Shown: piece by piece, positions 8,992 to 20,411 of the stretch
Numbering within the stretch: the first letter of the stretch is position 1
Layout of the letters: each line of letters starts with the position of its first letter
Program-made: the position numbers and the translations under genes
The notes under the pieces: generated by a model
Database searches by the model: none
Seen by the model: only the letters and a program-made list of their open reading frames with translations
What the model was told of the DNA's origin: nothing
Source of the DNA: Chitinophaga pinensis
GTDB lineage: Bacteria > Bacteroidota > Bacteroidia > Chitinophagales > Chitinophagaceae
NCBI GenBank assembly: GCA_943331145.2
Contig: CALQKL020000001.1
Location: 1-54,850 of the forward strand
Reading direction: 5' to 3'
Length of the DNA stretch: 54,850 nucleotides

Positions 8992-9564
8992 ATGTTTAAA
9001 ATTACTTTGATCGCCTTGATGTTAACTGCTTGTGGTTCAACTTCAAATAAAAATATTAAAATGGAAAATACAGAAGACATGAAAATCGAATCTCCAAAAA
9101 GTATCCATCCATTTAAAGTAACAGCCTTGGATGGTGGAGAAATTGATTTCTCAACGTTTAAAGGAAAGAAAATATTAATCGTAAATACTGCTTCAGAATG
9201 TGGTTATACACCTCAGTATAAAGATTTAGAAGTATTGTATAATCAATTCAAAGACAAGTTAGTTATAGTTGGTTTTCCTTCAAATGATTTTGGCGGACAA
9301 GAACCTGGCACTAATGATGAAATAAAAACTTTTTGTTCAAAAAATTATGGCGTAAGTTTTCCAATGGCAGCAAAAGTTTCTGTAAAAGGAGAAAACACAG
9401 CTCCGATTTATCAATGGCTCACTCAAAAAGAAAAAAATGGCGTGCTTGATGCCTCTATAAAATGGAATTTCAATAAGTTTTTATTGGATGAAAATGGAAT
9501 CATCATTTCTAAGTTTGAAAGCAGCACTACTCCTTTAAGCAAGGATATTACAGACAAGCTATAA
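8992..9564 (+). CDS. Glutathione peroxidase family lipoprotein
   Basis: Lipobox LTAC; VNTASECG, GFPSNDFGGQEPG, WNFNKFL. Confidence 0.95.
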   Translation: MFKITLIALMLTACGSTSNKNIKMENTEDMKIESPKSIHPFKVTALDGGEIDFSTFKGKKILIVNTASECGYTPQYKDLEVLYNQFKDKLVIVGFPSNDFGGQEPGTNDEIKTFCSKNYGVSFPMAAKVSVKGENTAPIYQWLTQKEKNGVLDASIKWNFNKFLLDENGIIISKFESSTTPLSKDITDKL

Positions 9565-9631
9565 AATATTTATTTCTCAAAAGCGTCGATAACTTTTCCC
9601 TTTACTGAATTATTTTATTTTAAATTGCATT

Positions 9632-10876
9632 GTGCAGTTTAAAGATATTATAGGTCAAAATCAGGTAAAGCAGCGTCTTATTGAGATGTATAATCAAAAT
9701 AGGCTAAGCCATGCCTTGTTGTTTCTAGGAAAAGAAGGCAACGGCGCATTGTCGGCTGCAATGGCTTTTTCACAATATATTTGTTGTGATCGGGTAAATG
9801 GAAAAATGCCACCTCCTCCCCAAAAAGAAGTTTCATTATTTGGTGACGATTCAGACGTTTCAGAAAATGAAATTCAAGAATTTGATTTGTCAGATTCTTG
9901 TGGTGTTTGTCCTTCTTGCTTGAAAGCATCAAAATTGGTGCATCCTGATATTCATTTTTCCATACCAACGATAAGTGGAATAAAATCAGACAGACAAACT
10001 ATTTCCAATGATTTAATTGTAAAATGGCGCACATTTATTTTAGAAAATCCTTACGGGAATACGTACGATTGGTTGCAGTATATTGAAGCTGAAAACAAAC
10101 AAGCCAATATTACAGCTGCAGAGTGTGAGGAAATTCATAGAATTTTAAGTTTAAAAAGTTTTGAATCAGAATACAAGTTTCTGGTTATGTGGATGACGGA
10201 ATTGCTAGGAAAAGAAGGGAATAAGCTGTTGAAATTAATTGAAGAGCCTCCACCAAACACGATTTTTATTTTTGTAGCTGAAAACGAACAGCTGATTTTA
10301 CCTACAATTCTTTCTAGAACACAATTGATTAAATTTCCGATGTTGCAAACTGAAGAAATTAAACATGCATTGGAGTTGAAATACAATGTAGATTCAAATA
10401 AATCGAGCTTGTTTGCGTATTTAGCAAAAGGGAATTTCAGAGAAGCATTGCACCAACTTAATCATGTTGAAGATGATTGGGAAGTTACTTTACGAGACTG
10501 GTTAAATACTATTGTGAAAACTGGTCCGATGGCACAAATGAAATGGGTTGAAGAAATATCTAAAATTGGCAGAGAAAAACAAAAACAGTTTCTTCAATAT
10601 TTCATTTATTTACTAGAACAAGCTTTGACATTGAGGGTTCGAGGAAATCAAGCGCTGAGTCAGTTAGAGGTTACAGAAAAAGTATCTGCAGAAATGGATT
10701 TTGCAAGCCGTTTTAACCGATTGTGTAACATTGCACAGTTAGAAGCAATCATCCAAGAATTGGATCATTCAATCTACCATATCGAACGAAATGCAAATGC
10801 CAAAATTCTGTTTCATGCATTAACCATTAAGTTATATCATATTATTAGCAACAAATCAGTAATTTTGGTTGCATAA
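9632..10876 (+). CDS. holB: DNA polymerase III subunit delta'
   Basis: SHALLF, CGVCPSC, HPDIH, NKLLKLIEEPP, LPTILSR. Confidence 0.9.
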   Translation: MQFKDIIGQNQVKQRLIEMYNQNRLSHALLFLGKEGNGALSAAMAFSQYICCDRVNGKMPPPPQKEVSLFGDDSDVSENEIQEFDLSDSCGVCPSCLKASKLVHPDIHFSIPTISGIKSDRQTISNDLIVKWRTFILENPYGNTYDWLQYIEAENKQANITAAECEEIHRILSLKSFESEYKFLVMWMTELLGKEGNKLLKLIEEPPPNTIFIFVAENEQLILPTILSRTQLIKFPMLQTEEIKHALELKYNVDSNKSSLFAYLAKGNFREALHQLNHVEDDWEVTLRDWLNTIVKTGPMAQMKWVEEISKIGREKQKQFLQYFIYLLEQALTLRVRGNQALSQLEVTEKVSAEMDFASRFNRLCNIAQLEAIIQELDHSIYHIERNANAKILFHALTIKLYHIISNKSVILVA

Positions 10877-10947
10877 TTGCAAATTATTTTTGATTTGCAG
10901 TATTTTAAGTGTAGGTACAAAATTTAATAATTGTAAAATATACATAT

Positions 10948-12345
10948 ATGGGTTGTGGAAGTTGCGGAACAAGCAAAGATGGAGCACCAAGTGGTTGTCA
11001 AAGTCATGGCAATTGCTCAAGTGGTGGTTGTAATCGAATGAACGTACATGATTGGCTAGCCAATTTGCCTTTTAGTGATCCTGAAAGCAATTGCAGAGTC
11101 GTAGAAATTAGTTTTAATAATGGCAGCAGAAAAGATTATTTCAAAAACACAACCTTGCATTATTACGGAAAAGGCGAAATGGTAGCAGTTGAAGGCGTTA
11201 ATGGTTTTGATGTAGGGATGGTTAATCTTACTGGAGAATTGGTTCGTTTGCAATTAAAGAAAAATAACATTGACGAAAAAAGTCCTGAAATAAAAAAAAT
11301 ATTGAGAAGAGCTACAGAGCAGGACATTCAAAAAATGGTTGAAACGAAAGCGAAAGAGGCAAATATGCTTATCAGAAGTAGAGCAATCGCGCGTTATTTG
11401 AGATTGGAATTAAAAATGGCTGAAGTAGAAATTCAAGCCGATGCCAAAAAAGCTACTTTTTTCTATATAGCTGATGACCGTGTGGATTTTAGAGAACTAA
11501 TAAAACTTTATGCTGCTGAGTTTAAAGTGAAAGTAGAAATGAGGCAAATTGGGGCAAGACAAGAAGCAGGAAAAGTGGGCGGAATTGGTAGTTGTGGTAG
11601 AGAATTATGTTGTAGCACTTGGCTTACAGATTTTAAAAGTGTAAATACAAATGCAGCACGTTACCAAAATTTAAGCATTAATCAAACCAAACTAAGCGGA
11701 CAATGTGGCCGTTTAAAATGTTGTTTGAATTTTGAATTAGATACTTACATGGATGCGTTGCAATTTTTCCCAAATGATGCAGATATGCTTGAATTGGCAA
11801 AAGGACGTGCATTTCTTATTAAAAAAGACATTTTCAAAAACTTGATGTGGTATACAATGTCTGATAGCAACAAACATTACCCATTAACCATTGAAACTGT
11901 AAAGCGAATTAAAGCTCAAAATAAGCAAGGTATACGACCGGAAGAATTGGAAACGGCTGAAGTAATTACTTCAAAACCAAAAGAGGTTGAACCTGAATAC
12001 GCGGATTTAGTTGGACAAATTAGCTTGAAGAGTTTGGAAAAAACAACAAGAAAACGGAGAGATAAAGAGCGTAGCCAACAACAATCAGGTCCACAAAATC
12101 GTGGTCCACAAAATCAAGGTAACCCAAATCAAGGAACTCCTAGAGGTCAGCAGGATCAAGCTAGGCCAAATCAATCCAATGCAAGAGGTCCTCAAAAAGG
12201 GCCTCAACAAAACCCTGGTCAAAATAGAGGTCCGCAAAATGCAGGAAATCCAAACAATAGAAGAAATCAAGGGAATCGACCAAATAATAATGGACCAAGA
12301 AATCAACAAGGACAAGAGTCTAAGCCAGATGCTGGAAATAAATAA
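10948..12345 (+). CDS. ricT: PSP1/RicT (YaaT) family protein with Q/N/G/P-rich C-terminal tail
   Basis: RVDFRELIK, RQIGARQEA, GSCGRELCC, SGQCGRLKCC; follows holB. Confidence 0.9.
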   Translation: MGCGSCGTSKDGAPSGCQSHGNCSSGGCNRMNVHDWLANLPFSDPESNCRVVEISFNNGSRKDYFKNTTLHYYGKGEMVAVEGVNGFDVGMVNLTGELVRLQLKKNNIDEKSPEIKKILRRATEQDIQKMVETKAKEANMLIRSRAIARYLRLELKMAEVEIQADAKKATFFYIADDRVDFRELIKLYAAEFKVKVEMRQIGARQEAGKVGGIGSCGRELCCSTWLTDFKSVNTNAARYQNLSINQTKLSGQCGRLKCCLNFELDTYMDALQFFPNDADMLELAKGRAFLIKKDIFKNLMWYTMSDSNKHYPLTIETVKRIKAQNKQGIRPEELETAEVITSKPKEVEPEYADLVGQISLKSLEKTTRKRRDKERSQQQSGPQNRGPQNQGNPNQGTPRGQQDQARPNQSNARGPQKGPQQNPGQNRGPQNAGNPNNRRNQGNRPNNNGPRNQQGQESKPDAGNK

Positions 12346-12397
12346 GTGAACAGGAGGTAGTAGAATAATTTAAACTTAATTAGATAAAAATTAATCA

Positions 12398-13303
12398 TTG
12401 TCAATATCAGTTACCAATCTTTCGAAAAATTTTGGAGCACAAAAAGCGGTGAACGATATTTCATTTAAGATTGGCAAAAATGAAATCGTTGGATTTTTAG
12501 GGCCTAATGGGGCAGGGAAATCTACCACAATGAAAATGATAACCGGGTTTTTGAAACCAGACATGGGTTCAATTGAAGTTTGTGGAATTTCCGTACAAAA
12601 TCAGCCAACAGATACACAGCGGAAAATAGGTTATTTGCCGGAGTCAAATGCATTGTATTTGGATATGTATGTGAAAGAGTACTTGTCTTTTGTAGGAAGT
12701 ATCTATAAGATAGTCAATTTGCAATCCAGTGTTAATGATGTAGTTGAATTGGTTGGGTTAACTAAAGAAGCCCATAAAAAAATAGGGCAATTAAGTAAAG
12801 GATATAAACAACGTGTTGGCATTGCGGCTTCATTGGTACATAATCCGGAAGTGTTGATTTTAGATGAACCTACTTCGGGTTTAGATCCCAATCAAATCAT
12901 TGAAATTAGAGACATCATAAAAAGATTGGCTGAAAATAAAACGGTGATCTTTTCTTCTCATATTATGCAAGATGTTGAAGCCATTTGTGAACGGGTAATT
13001 ATAATCAACAAAGGACAAATTGTGGCAGATGATCAATTAATTAATTTGAAAAATAAAACCAATGAAAATCAAATGGTTTCTGTTGAGTTTAAAGAAAAAA
13101 TTGCTTCAAATTTATTATCTGAATTTAAAGATTGTATAAGCATCAAGGAAATAAGTCAAAATAAATTTAATTTTGAAACAAACAATGCGGAGTCGATAAG
13201 AAAACAAATCATGGAGCTTTGTCTAAGCAATAATTTAAACATCGTTTCATTAAATAGCGAAAGCCATAATTTAGAATCTGTTTTCAAATCCCTTACATTG
13301 TAA
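12398..13303 (+). CDS. gldA: Gliding motility-associated ABC ATPase, GldA-like
   Basis: MSISVTNLSKNFGAQKA N-terminus, GPNGAGKST, LSKGYKQRVG, GLDPNQI. Confidence 0.75.
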   Translation: MSISVTNLSKNFGAQKAVNDISFKIGKNEIVGFLGPNGAGKSTTMKMITGFLKPDMGSIEVCGISVQNQPTDTQRKIGYLPESNALYLDMYVKEYLSFVGSIYKIVNLQSSVNDVVELVGLTKEAHKKIGQLSKGYKQRVGIAASLVHNPEVLILDEPTSGLDPNQIIEIRDIIKRLAENKTVIFSSHIMQDVEAICERVIIINKGQIVADDQLINLKNKTNENQMVSVEFKEKIASNLLSEFKDCISIKEISQNKFNFETNNAESIRKQIMELCLSNNLNIVSLNSESHNLESVFKSLTL

Positions 13304-13334
13304 TTTTTTAAAAAAATCAAACCATTAATCATAA

Positions 13335-14639
<1,305 letters not shown>

Positions 14640-14750
14640 ATTTCTTTAATTGAATAAATAATTATATTACACAAGGGATTCTCAAGAAATAAAAGAATTG
14701 TCCTACAATTTAATATTAGTTCAAAAAACTGCAACTAAAAATCTTTAATA

Positions 14751-15047
14751 ATGAAGGAACAAAATTGGGTATTGAACATTTTAAAGAACAAATATTTTGT
14801 TACCATTACTTTATTTGTAGTGTGGATGGGTTTTTTTGACACAAAAGATTGGGGATTGATTAGAGAAAGACAAATTAAATTGGAGGCACTACAAAAATCA
14901 GAAAAAGAAATGGCTAAATTAATCGCTGATACTAGAGCAGAATTGAGCATGTTAAAAACAAGCGCTGAGTCAGTAGAGAAATATGCCCGTGAAAAATATC
15001 TGATGAAAAAAGACAACGAGGATATTTTTGTAGTAAAAACCCCATAA
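14751..15047 (+). CDS. ftsB: FtsB/DivIC septum formation initiator
   Basis: One TM, coiled coil, EKYAREKYLMKKDNEDIF; follows eno. Confidence 0.8.
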   Translation: MKEQNWVLNILKNKYFVTITLFVVWMGFFDTKDWGLIRERQIKLEALQKSEKEMAKLIADTRAELSMLKTSAESVEKYAREKYLMKKDNEDIFVVKTP

Positions 15048-15143
15048 AAAAAGAAAAAATACTTTTATTCTAACACAATATTTGAATAATAAGCACGTTT
15101 ATTTAGTTGGATAAGATATTTAATTAACAATAAAGCATAAACT

Positions 15144-15383
15144 ATGCACAGTATTACTTCAGAAGATCTTTTGTTGTATTTATACGGCGAAACGACTAAG
15201 CTTCAAACAGAAGCCATTGAGTTAGCACTTCAAAAAGATTGGAGTTTAATGGAAAAATTAGAGTTGCTAACCCAATCTCGTAATGAATTGGAAATCATAA
15301 ATTTTTCGCCTAGTACAACTTCAGTAAACAATATTTTAAAGTACGCCGAGAAATCAGTAGAAGAAATTTCACCTGTACATTAA
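15144..15383 (+). CDS. Small hypothetical protein resembling an anti-sigma N-terminal helical domain
   Basis: EDLLLYLYGE...IELALQKD...SPSTTSVNNILKYA; A-rich leader; fills the gap between ftsB and nth. Confidence 0.6.
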   Translation: MHSITSEDLLLYLYGETTKLQTEAIELALQKDWSLMEKLELLTQSRNELEIINFSPSTTSVNNILKYAEKSVEEISPVH

Positions 15384-15409
15384 TTAATCAAGTTTAATAT
15401 TATTTTTAC

Positions 15410-15439
15410 ACCTGCTTTCTAAAAAAAGCAGGTTTTTTT
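15410..15439 (+). terminator. Hairpin plus U tract directly before the nth ATG
   Basis: ACCTGCTTT/AAAGCAGGT stem followed by TTTTTT. Confidence 0.65.
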
Positions 15440-16087
15440 ATGAAAAAAAATGAGCGTTATCAATTTGTGTTGGAATATTTTGAAAAGCAAATGCCCGTTG
15501 CAGAAACGGAGTTGAATTTTGAAAATACATATCAATTGCTAGTTGCCGTTATTTTATCGGCACAATGCACGGATAAACGTATAAACATAGTCACACCTTC
15601 ACTTTTTAGAAGATTCCCAGATTTAAAAGAATTAAGTCATGCCGATTTTGATACTGTTTTTGACCTTATAAGAAGTATTTCCTATCCCAATAATAAAGCA
15701 AAACACTTAATTGGAATGGCGCAAATGGTTATGCAGGATTTTAATGGAGTTGTCCCAATGACCGTTGAGGAATTGATTAAATTACCAGGTGTAGGAAGAA
15801 AAACGGCCAATGTAATAACTTCTGTAATTGATCAACAACCCAACATGGCTGTCGATACACATGTGTTTAGGGTGAGTGCACGTATTGGGTTAACTACAAA
15901 TGCGAAAACGACACTTTCTGCAGAAAAGCAACTTGTAAAACATATTCCGAAATCAAAAGTTCACATTGCACATCATTGGTTGATTTTGCATGGACGATAC
16001 GTTTGTACCGCCAGAAATCCAAAATGTAATCAATGTGAAATTTCAAGCGCATGTAATTTTTTTAAGAAACTTAAAAATGATGATTAA
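15440..16087 (+). CDS. nth: Endonuclease III
   Basis: ILSAQCTD, HhH LPGVGRKTA, VDTH, C-terminal 4Fe-4S Cys motif. Confidence 0.97.
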   Translation: MKKNERYQFVLEYFEKQMPVAETELNFENTYQLLVAVILSAQCTDKRINIVTPSLFRRFPDLKELSHADFDTVFDLIRSISYPNNKAKHLIGMAQMVMQDFNGVVPMTVEELIKLPGVGRKTANVITSVIDQQPNMAVDTHVFRVSARIGLTTNAKTTLSAEKQLVKHIPKSKVHIAHHWLILHGRYVCTARNPKCNQCEISSACNFFKKLKNDD

Positions 16088-16157
16088 AATTTCAATAAAA
16101 ATCGTTTAATTTGTATACAATTAGAATTAAAAATTCAACCCAAATAAAAGGATCCAA

Positions 16158-17090
16158 ATGAAAAGGTCAGTTTTTCTTATTATATCAATTTTAACACTTG
16201 CTTTTTTTAGTAAGAATGCATCTGCACAGTATTATTTTTATGATGAAAATTATTACGATCAAGATTTGTTGGTTGAAGTAGGTGCAAGTATTGGTGCAAT
16301 GAATTGTTTAACCGACTTAGGTGGAAAATCAGGAATTGGCAAAGGATTTATTAAGGATTTAAATACTGGAAAAAGTTATTTCACTGGAGGTATATTCGCA
16401 AATGTTTCTTATAAAAATGCATTTGGTTTAAGATTAGAATTCTGTAGTGGTAAGGTTTCTGCTGATGACAAAGTTTTGTCTACTGTTTCTAGTACAGACA
16501 TGGCTAGATTTCGTTACAATAGAAATTTAAATTTTCAAAGTAGTATAAGAGAGTACTCTGCAATGTTAGAAGTTCATCCGATGATGCTTTTCATAAATTG
16601 GGAAGCACGTGACCAAGAAGCGCCAAGATATTCTCCATATTTACTTGGAGGGATTGGTTCTTTTTCATTTAATCCTCAATTAAAAGAAGGAAACAGATTA
16701 ATTGATTTACAACCACTTTCTACAGAAGGACAAGGGTTAAAAGAATATCCAGATCGTCCAGTGTATAAACTTAGACAAATGAATTACCCTTTTGGAATTG
16801 GTATGAAATACGATTTATCTCCATTGGTTAATTTGCGTGGTGAATTTGTTTATCGCATGCTTACTACAGATTATCTTGATGATGTAAGTACAAATTATAT
16901 AGATCCAACCGTATATGCTTTAAATGGTTTTACTGGTACAAGATTAGAAAACGCATTATTCTTAAATAACCGCGAAACGAATGGTCAAAAAACAGCTCCA
17001 GGTGGAAAAAGAGGTAGCCCAACTAACAATGATGCTTATTTTAGCTTTAATATTAAGTTAGGGGTTAGTCTTAGAAGTAGGATGAAATAA
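16158..17090 (+). CDS. Outer-membrane beta-barrel protein (DUF6089-like)
   Basis: Signal peptide; RNLNF, LQPLSTEGQ, TDYLDDVS, RGSPTNNDAY motifs. Confidence 0.75.
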   Translation: MKRSVFLIISILTLAFFSKNASAQYYFYDENYYDQDLLVEVGASIGAMNCLTDLGGKSGIGKGFIKDLNTGKSYFTGGIFANVSYKNAFGLRLEFCSGKVSADDKVLSTVSSTDMARFRYNRNLNFQSSIREYSAMLEVHPMMLFINWEARDQEAPRYSPYLLGGIGSFSFNPQLKEGNRLIDLQPLSTEGQGLKEYPDRPVYKLRQMNYPFGIGMKYDLSPLVNLRGEFVYRMLTTDYLDDVSTNYIDPTVYALNGFTGTRLENALFLNNRETNGQKTAPGGKRGSPTNNDAYFSFNIKLGVSLRSRMK

Positions 17091-17130
17091 AGAATATTTG
17101 ATTTTGAAGAATTCAATGATTACTTCATTT

Positions 17131-17170
17131 ATAAAAAAAAGCATTTATTTTAAATAAATGCTTTTTTTAT
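17131..17170. terminator. Bidirectional intrinsic terminator
   Basis: A-tract GCATTTATTT/AAATAAATGC T-tract between convergent genes. Confidence 0.8.
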
Positions 17171-17202
17171 TGTTTGTTTTTTGAGATAAATATTAATACC
17201 CA

Positions 17203-19056
17203 TTACCCATTATTTACAATCTGTTCAATTGCTTCAATTAGTTCTGCTTTATAAATTGGCGTACCCATAATTTTATTAAAGCCTTTTGCATCTACCATAT
17301 AATTGTCTCTAATAATTTTTATAAGTTGGCCATTATTAATTTCAGGAATTAAAATGTGGTCAAAGTTTTTGATGATATCTCCCAAGTTTTTTGGAAACGG
17401 ACGGATATAACGAAGATGAGCATGAGATACAGAAACACCTCTTGATTGTAATTCAATACAAGCACTTTTTATAGCGCCAAATGTACTTCCCCAACCAATA
17501 ACAAGTACTTTGCCAGATTCTGCACCGCTATCTAATTTTTGATCTGGGATATATTGAGCAATCAAATCTACTTTTTCTTGTCGTAGCTTAACCATCAACT
17601 GATGGTTTTCTGCATCGTAACTAATATTTCCAGTAATATTTTGTTTTTCCAAACCGCCTATACGATGTTCTAAATGGGGTGTGCCTGGAATAACCCAAGG
17701 ACGAGCTAGCTTTTCATTACGTGCATATGGGGCAAGCTTGATTTCATCTTCTGCTAATTGTGTTTTAAAAGCTACTTTAATATCTTTTAAATCTGACGAT
17801 TGCGGATATTTCCATGGCTCAGCACCATTTGCAATATATCCATCACTTAACAAAATCACAGGTGTCATATGCTCAATTGAAATCCTTACTGCTTCAAATG
17901 CTGCATCAAAACAATCACTTGGTGTTGAAGCAGCAACGATAGGCATTGGACATTCGCCATTTCTTCCATAATATGCCTGCAATAAATCACTTTGTTCTGT
18001 TTTGGTTGGCAATCCTGTACTTGGCCCACCTCTCTGAATATTGCATATTATTAATGGGATTTCAAGCATCACTGCAAGTCCCATCGCTTCGGCTTTTAAG
18101 GCCATACCCGGACCTGATGTAGTTGTTAAGCCAATCCAACCGCCATAACTAGCACCAATAGCCGAAGTTATAGCTGCAATTTCATCTTCTGCCTGAAAAG
18201 TTTTTATACCGAAATTTTTATGTCTGCTTAGCTCATGTAAAATATCTGATGCAGGTGTAATTGGGTAACTTCCTAAGAATAAATTCAATCCGCTTTTTTG
18301 TGCTGCAGCAATTAATCCAAAAGATAATGCCTGATTACCCATTATAGATCGGTAATTACCTGATTCCATTTTCGCCTTAGCTACGGCATACCTTTCAGTA
18401 AAAGTCTCTGTTGTATCCGCATAATTATAACCTGCTTGAAGTGCTTTAATATTGCTGTCTAGAATATCGGCTCTTTTAGAAAATTTTTCCTTTAAAAAAG
18501 TAATTGTATTGTCCATGCTACGGTTGTACATCCAATATAAAAAACCAAGTACAAACATATTTTTCGCCCTGTCTTTTTCTTTGGTACCCATTGTGAAATC
18601 TTTCAACGCTTCACGGGTTAGCTTGGTTACATCTATTTTAATGACTTCATAATTTTCCAAGCTGTTGTTCTCGATTGGATTTTCACCATCTGGATAATTG
18701 GCTAAGCGTAAGTTTTTTGAATCAAATCCGTCAACATTTATTATGATTTTCCCGCCTTTTTTTAAGGAAGTCAAATTTACTTTTAAAGCCGCAGCGTTCA
18801 TTGCCACAAGCACATCGCAAAAATCACCTGGCGTATATATTCTGTCTGAGCTAAATCGAAGTTGGAAGCCGCTTACGCCTGGTAATGTTCCTATTGGAGC
18901 ACGAATTTCAGCTGGGAAATCTGGAAATGTTGCAAGATCCAAACCCAAAAGTGCACTATTATTGGTAAATTGTGTCCCAGTTAATTGCATTCCATCTCCA
19001 CTATCTCCTGCAAATTTTATTACTACTTCTTGTAGTATTTCTTGATTTTCTGTCAT
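17203..19056 (-). CDS. korA: 2-oxoacid:ferredoxin oxidoreductase alpha subunit
   Basis: AGDSGDGMQ, YPITPAS, QAEDEIA, QRGGPSTG; -7 element TAACTTTG at 19079-19086. Confidence 0.95.
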   Translation of the reverse strand: MTENQEILQEVVIKFAGDSGDGMQLTGTQFTNNSALLGLDLATFPDFPAEIRAPIGTLPGVSGFQLRFSSDRIYTPGDFCDVLVAMNAAALKVNLTSLKKGGKIIINVDGFDSKNLRLANYPDGENPIENNSLENYEVIKIDVTKLTREALKDFTMGTKEKDRAKNMFVLGFLYWMYNRSMDNTITFLKEKFSKRADILDSNIKALQAGYNYADTTETFTERYAVAKAKMESGNYRSIMGNQALSFGLIAAAQKSGLNLFLGSYPITPASDILHELSRHKNFGIKTFQAEDEIAAITSAIGASYGGWIGLTTTSGPGMALKAEAMGLAVMLEIPLIICNIQRGGPSTGLPTKTEQSDLLQAYYGRNGECPMPIVAASTPSDCFDAAFEAVRISIEHMTPVILLSDGYIANGAEPWKYPQSSDLKDIKVAFKTQLAEDEIKLAPYARNEKLARPWVIPGTPHLEHRIGGLEKQNITGNISYDAENHQLMVKLRQEKVDLIAQYIPDQKLDSGAESGKVLVIGWGSTFGAIKSACIELQSRGVSVSHAHLRYIRPFPKNLGDIIKNFDHILIPEINNGQLIKIIRDNYMVDAKGFNKIMGTPIYKAELIEAIEQIVNNG

Positions 19057-19262
19057 TTGATTATCATTGAATAATGGCCAAAGTTACTAAATACAAATAA
19101 CAGAAAACATAGAAAAAATTATTCTATATCGATTATCCTTTCCGTTGAATGAATTAGGTTTGTGAAAATGATTTCGCCTGCTTATAAATTTATTATTATT
19201 TGAGATAAATTTCAAGATATTTATTTGCAAAACTTTAAAAACAATATCAATAAAAATTTATT

Positions 19263-20393
19263 ATGGAAGATTTACAAGATTTTTTATCGCCCGTTTCTGT
19301 GAAAGAATTGATGAATGATGAAACGTTTACGGATGGACAATTTGCCAAACATATTTGTTATTATGAAACAGACTTTCCCGATTTAACGGATATAGATATT
19401 GTTATGGTTGGAATTGGAGAAATGCGGGGAACAGATTTAAATGCTTCAGAAAGTAATGCACCTAATCAAATTAGAAAGCAATTTTATGCCCTTCATCATT
19501 GGCATTCGGATATTTCAATTGCGGATATTGGCAATGTAAAACAAGGAGCACTTATTAATGATAGTTATGCAGCTTTACAAACCGTAGTTGCAGAGTTGTT
19601 CAAAATCGGAAAAAAGGTAATTATTTTAGGAGGCTCTCATGATATTACTTTGGCTCAATATTATGCCTATAAATCTACAAAAAAAGGCATTGTGGCAACA
19701 TGTATAGATGCTACAATTGATTTAAGAGGCGATAGTTTTTTGAGGCAAGAAAATTTTTTGCTAGACATGCTTACTAGTGAGCCCAATTATATTTCACATT
19801 ATAACCACATCGGATTTCAAAGTTATTTTGTACATCCTAGATTATTAGAAACGATGGATAAGCTTAGATTTGATTGTTATCGTGTTGGTCTTGTGAAATC
19901 CGATATTGAACAAATGGAGCCTGCAATTCGCCAAACGAATTTATTGAGTTTTGATATAGCCGCAATAAAAAATAGTGCAGCGCCTTCAAATATTTTAACC
20001 ACTAATGGTTTTAATGGAGAAGAAGCATGCGTTTTGTCACAATATGCTGGAATGAGTAGTCATTTGTCCAGCTTTGGCATTTATGGATACAATCCCGAAA
20101 ATGATGTGCATGATTTAACTGCAAAGCAAATCGCTCAAATGCTATGGTACTATTTGGATGGTTTTAATAGCGTTAAATATGAAGCAGCTTTAAGTGATAA
20201 TGGTAATTTCAATTTGTTTCACACCTATTTTTCGGAATTAGATACGTTGTTTATGCAGAGTAAAAAAACAAATCGTTGGTGGATGCAAATGCCGGATAAG
20301 AATTTCATTGCATGTAGCTATAAAGATTATTTAAGTGCAAGTACAAATGATATTCCTGAGCGTTGGTTAAGAGCTCAAGAGCGTACTGTATAA
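19263..20393 (+). CDS. Arginase/formimidoylglutamase-fold protein with degenerate metal ligands
   Basis: DIGN, LGGSHD, IDATIDL, SFDIAAI; C-terminal RWWM and PERW. Confidence 0.8.
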   Translation: MEDLQDFLSPVSVKELMNDETFTDGQFAKHICYYETDFPDLTDIDIVMVGIGEMRGTDLNASESNAPNQIRKQFYALHHWHSDISIADIGNVKQGALINDSYAALQTVVAELFKIGKKVIILGGSHDITLAQYYAYKSTKKGIVATCIDATIDLRGDSFLRQENFLLDMLTSEPNYISHYNHIGFQSYFVHPRLLETMDKLRFDCYRVGLVKSDIEQMEPAIRQTNLLSFDIAAIKNSAAPSNILTTNGFNGEEACVLSQYAGMSSHLSSFGIYGYNPENDVHDLTAKQIAQMLWYYLDGFNSVKYEAALSDNGNFNLFHTYFSELDTLFMQSKKTNRWWMQMPDKNFIACSYKDYLSASTNDIPERWLRAQERTV

Positions 20394-20411
20394 AAAAATC
20401 AATTATCAAAA

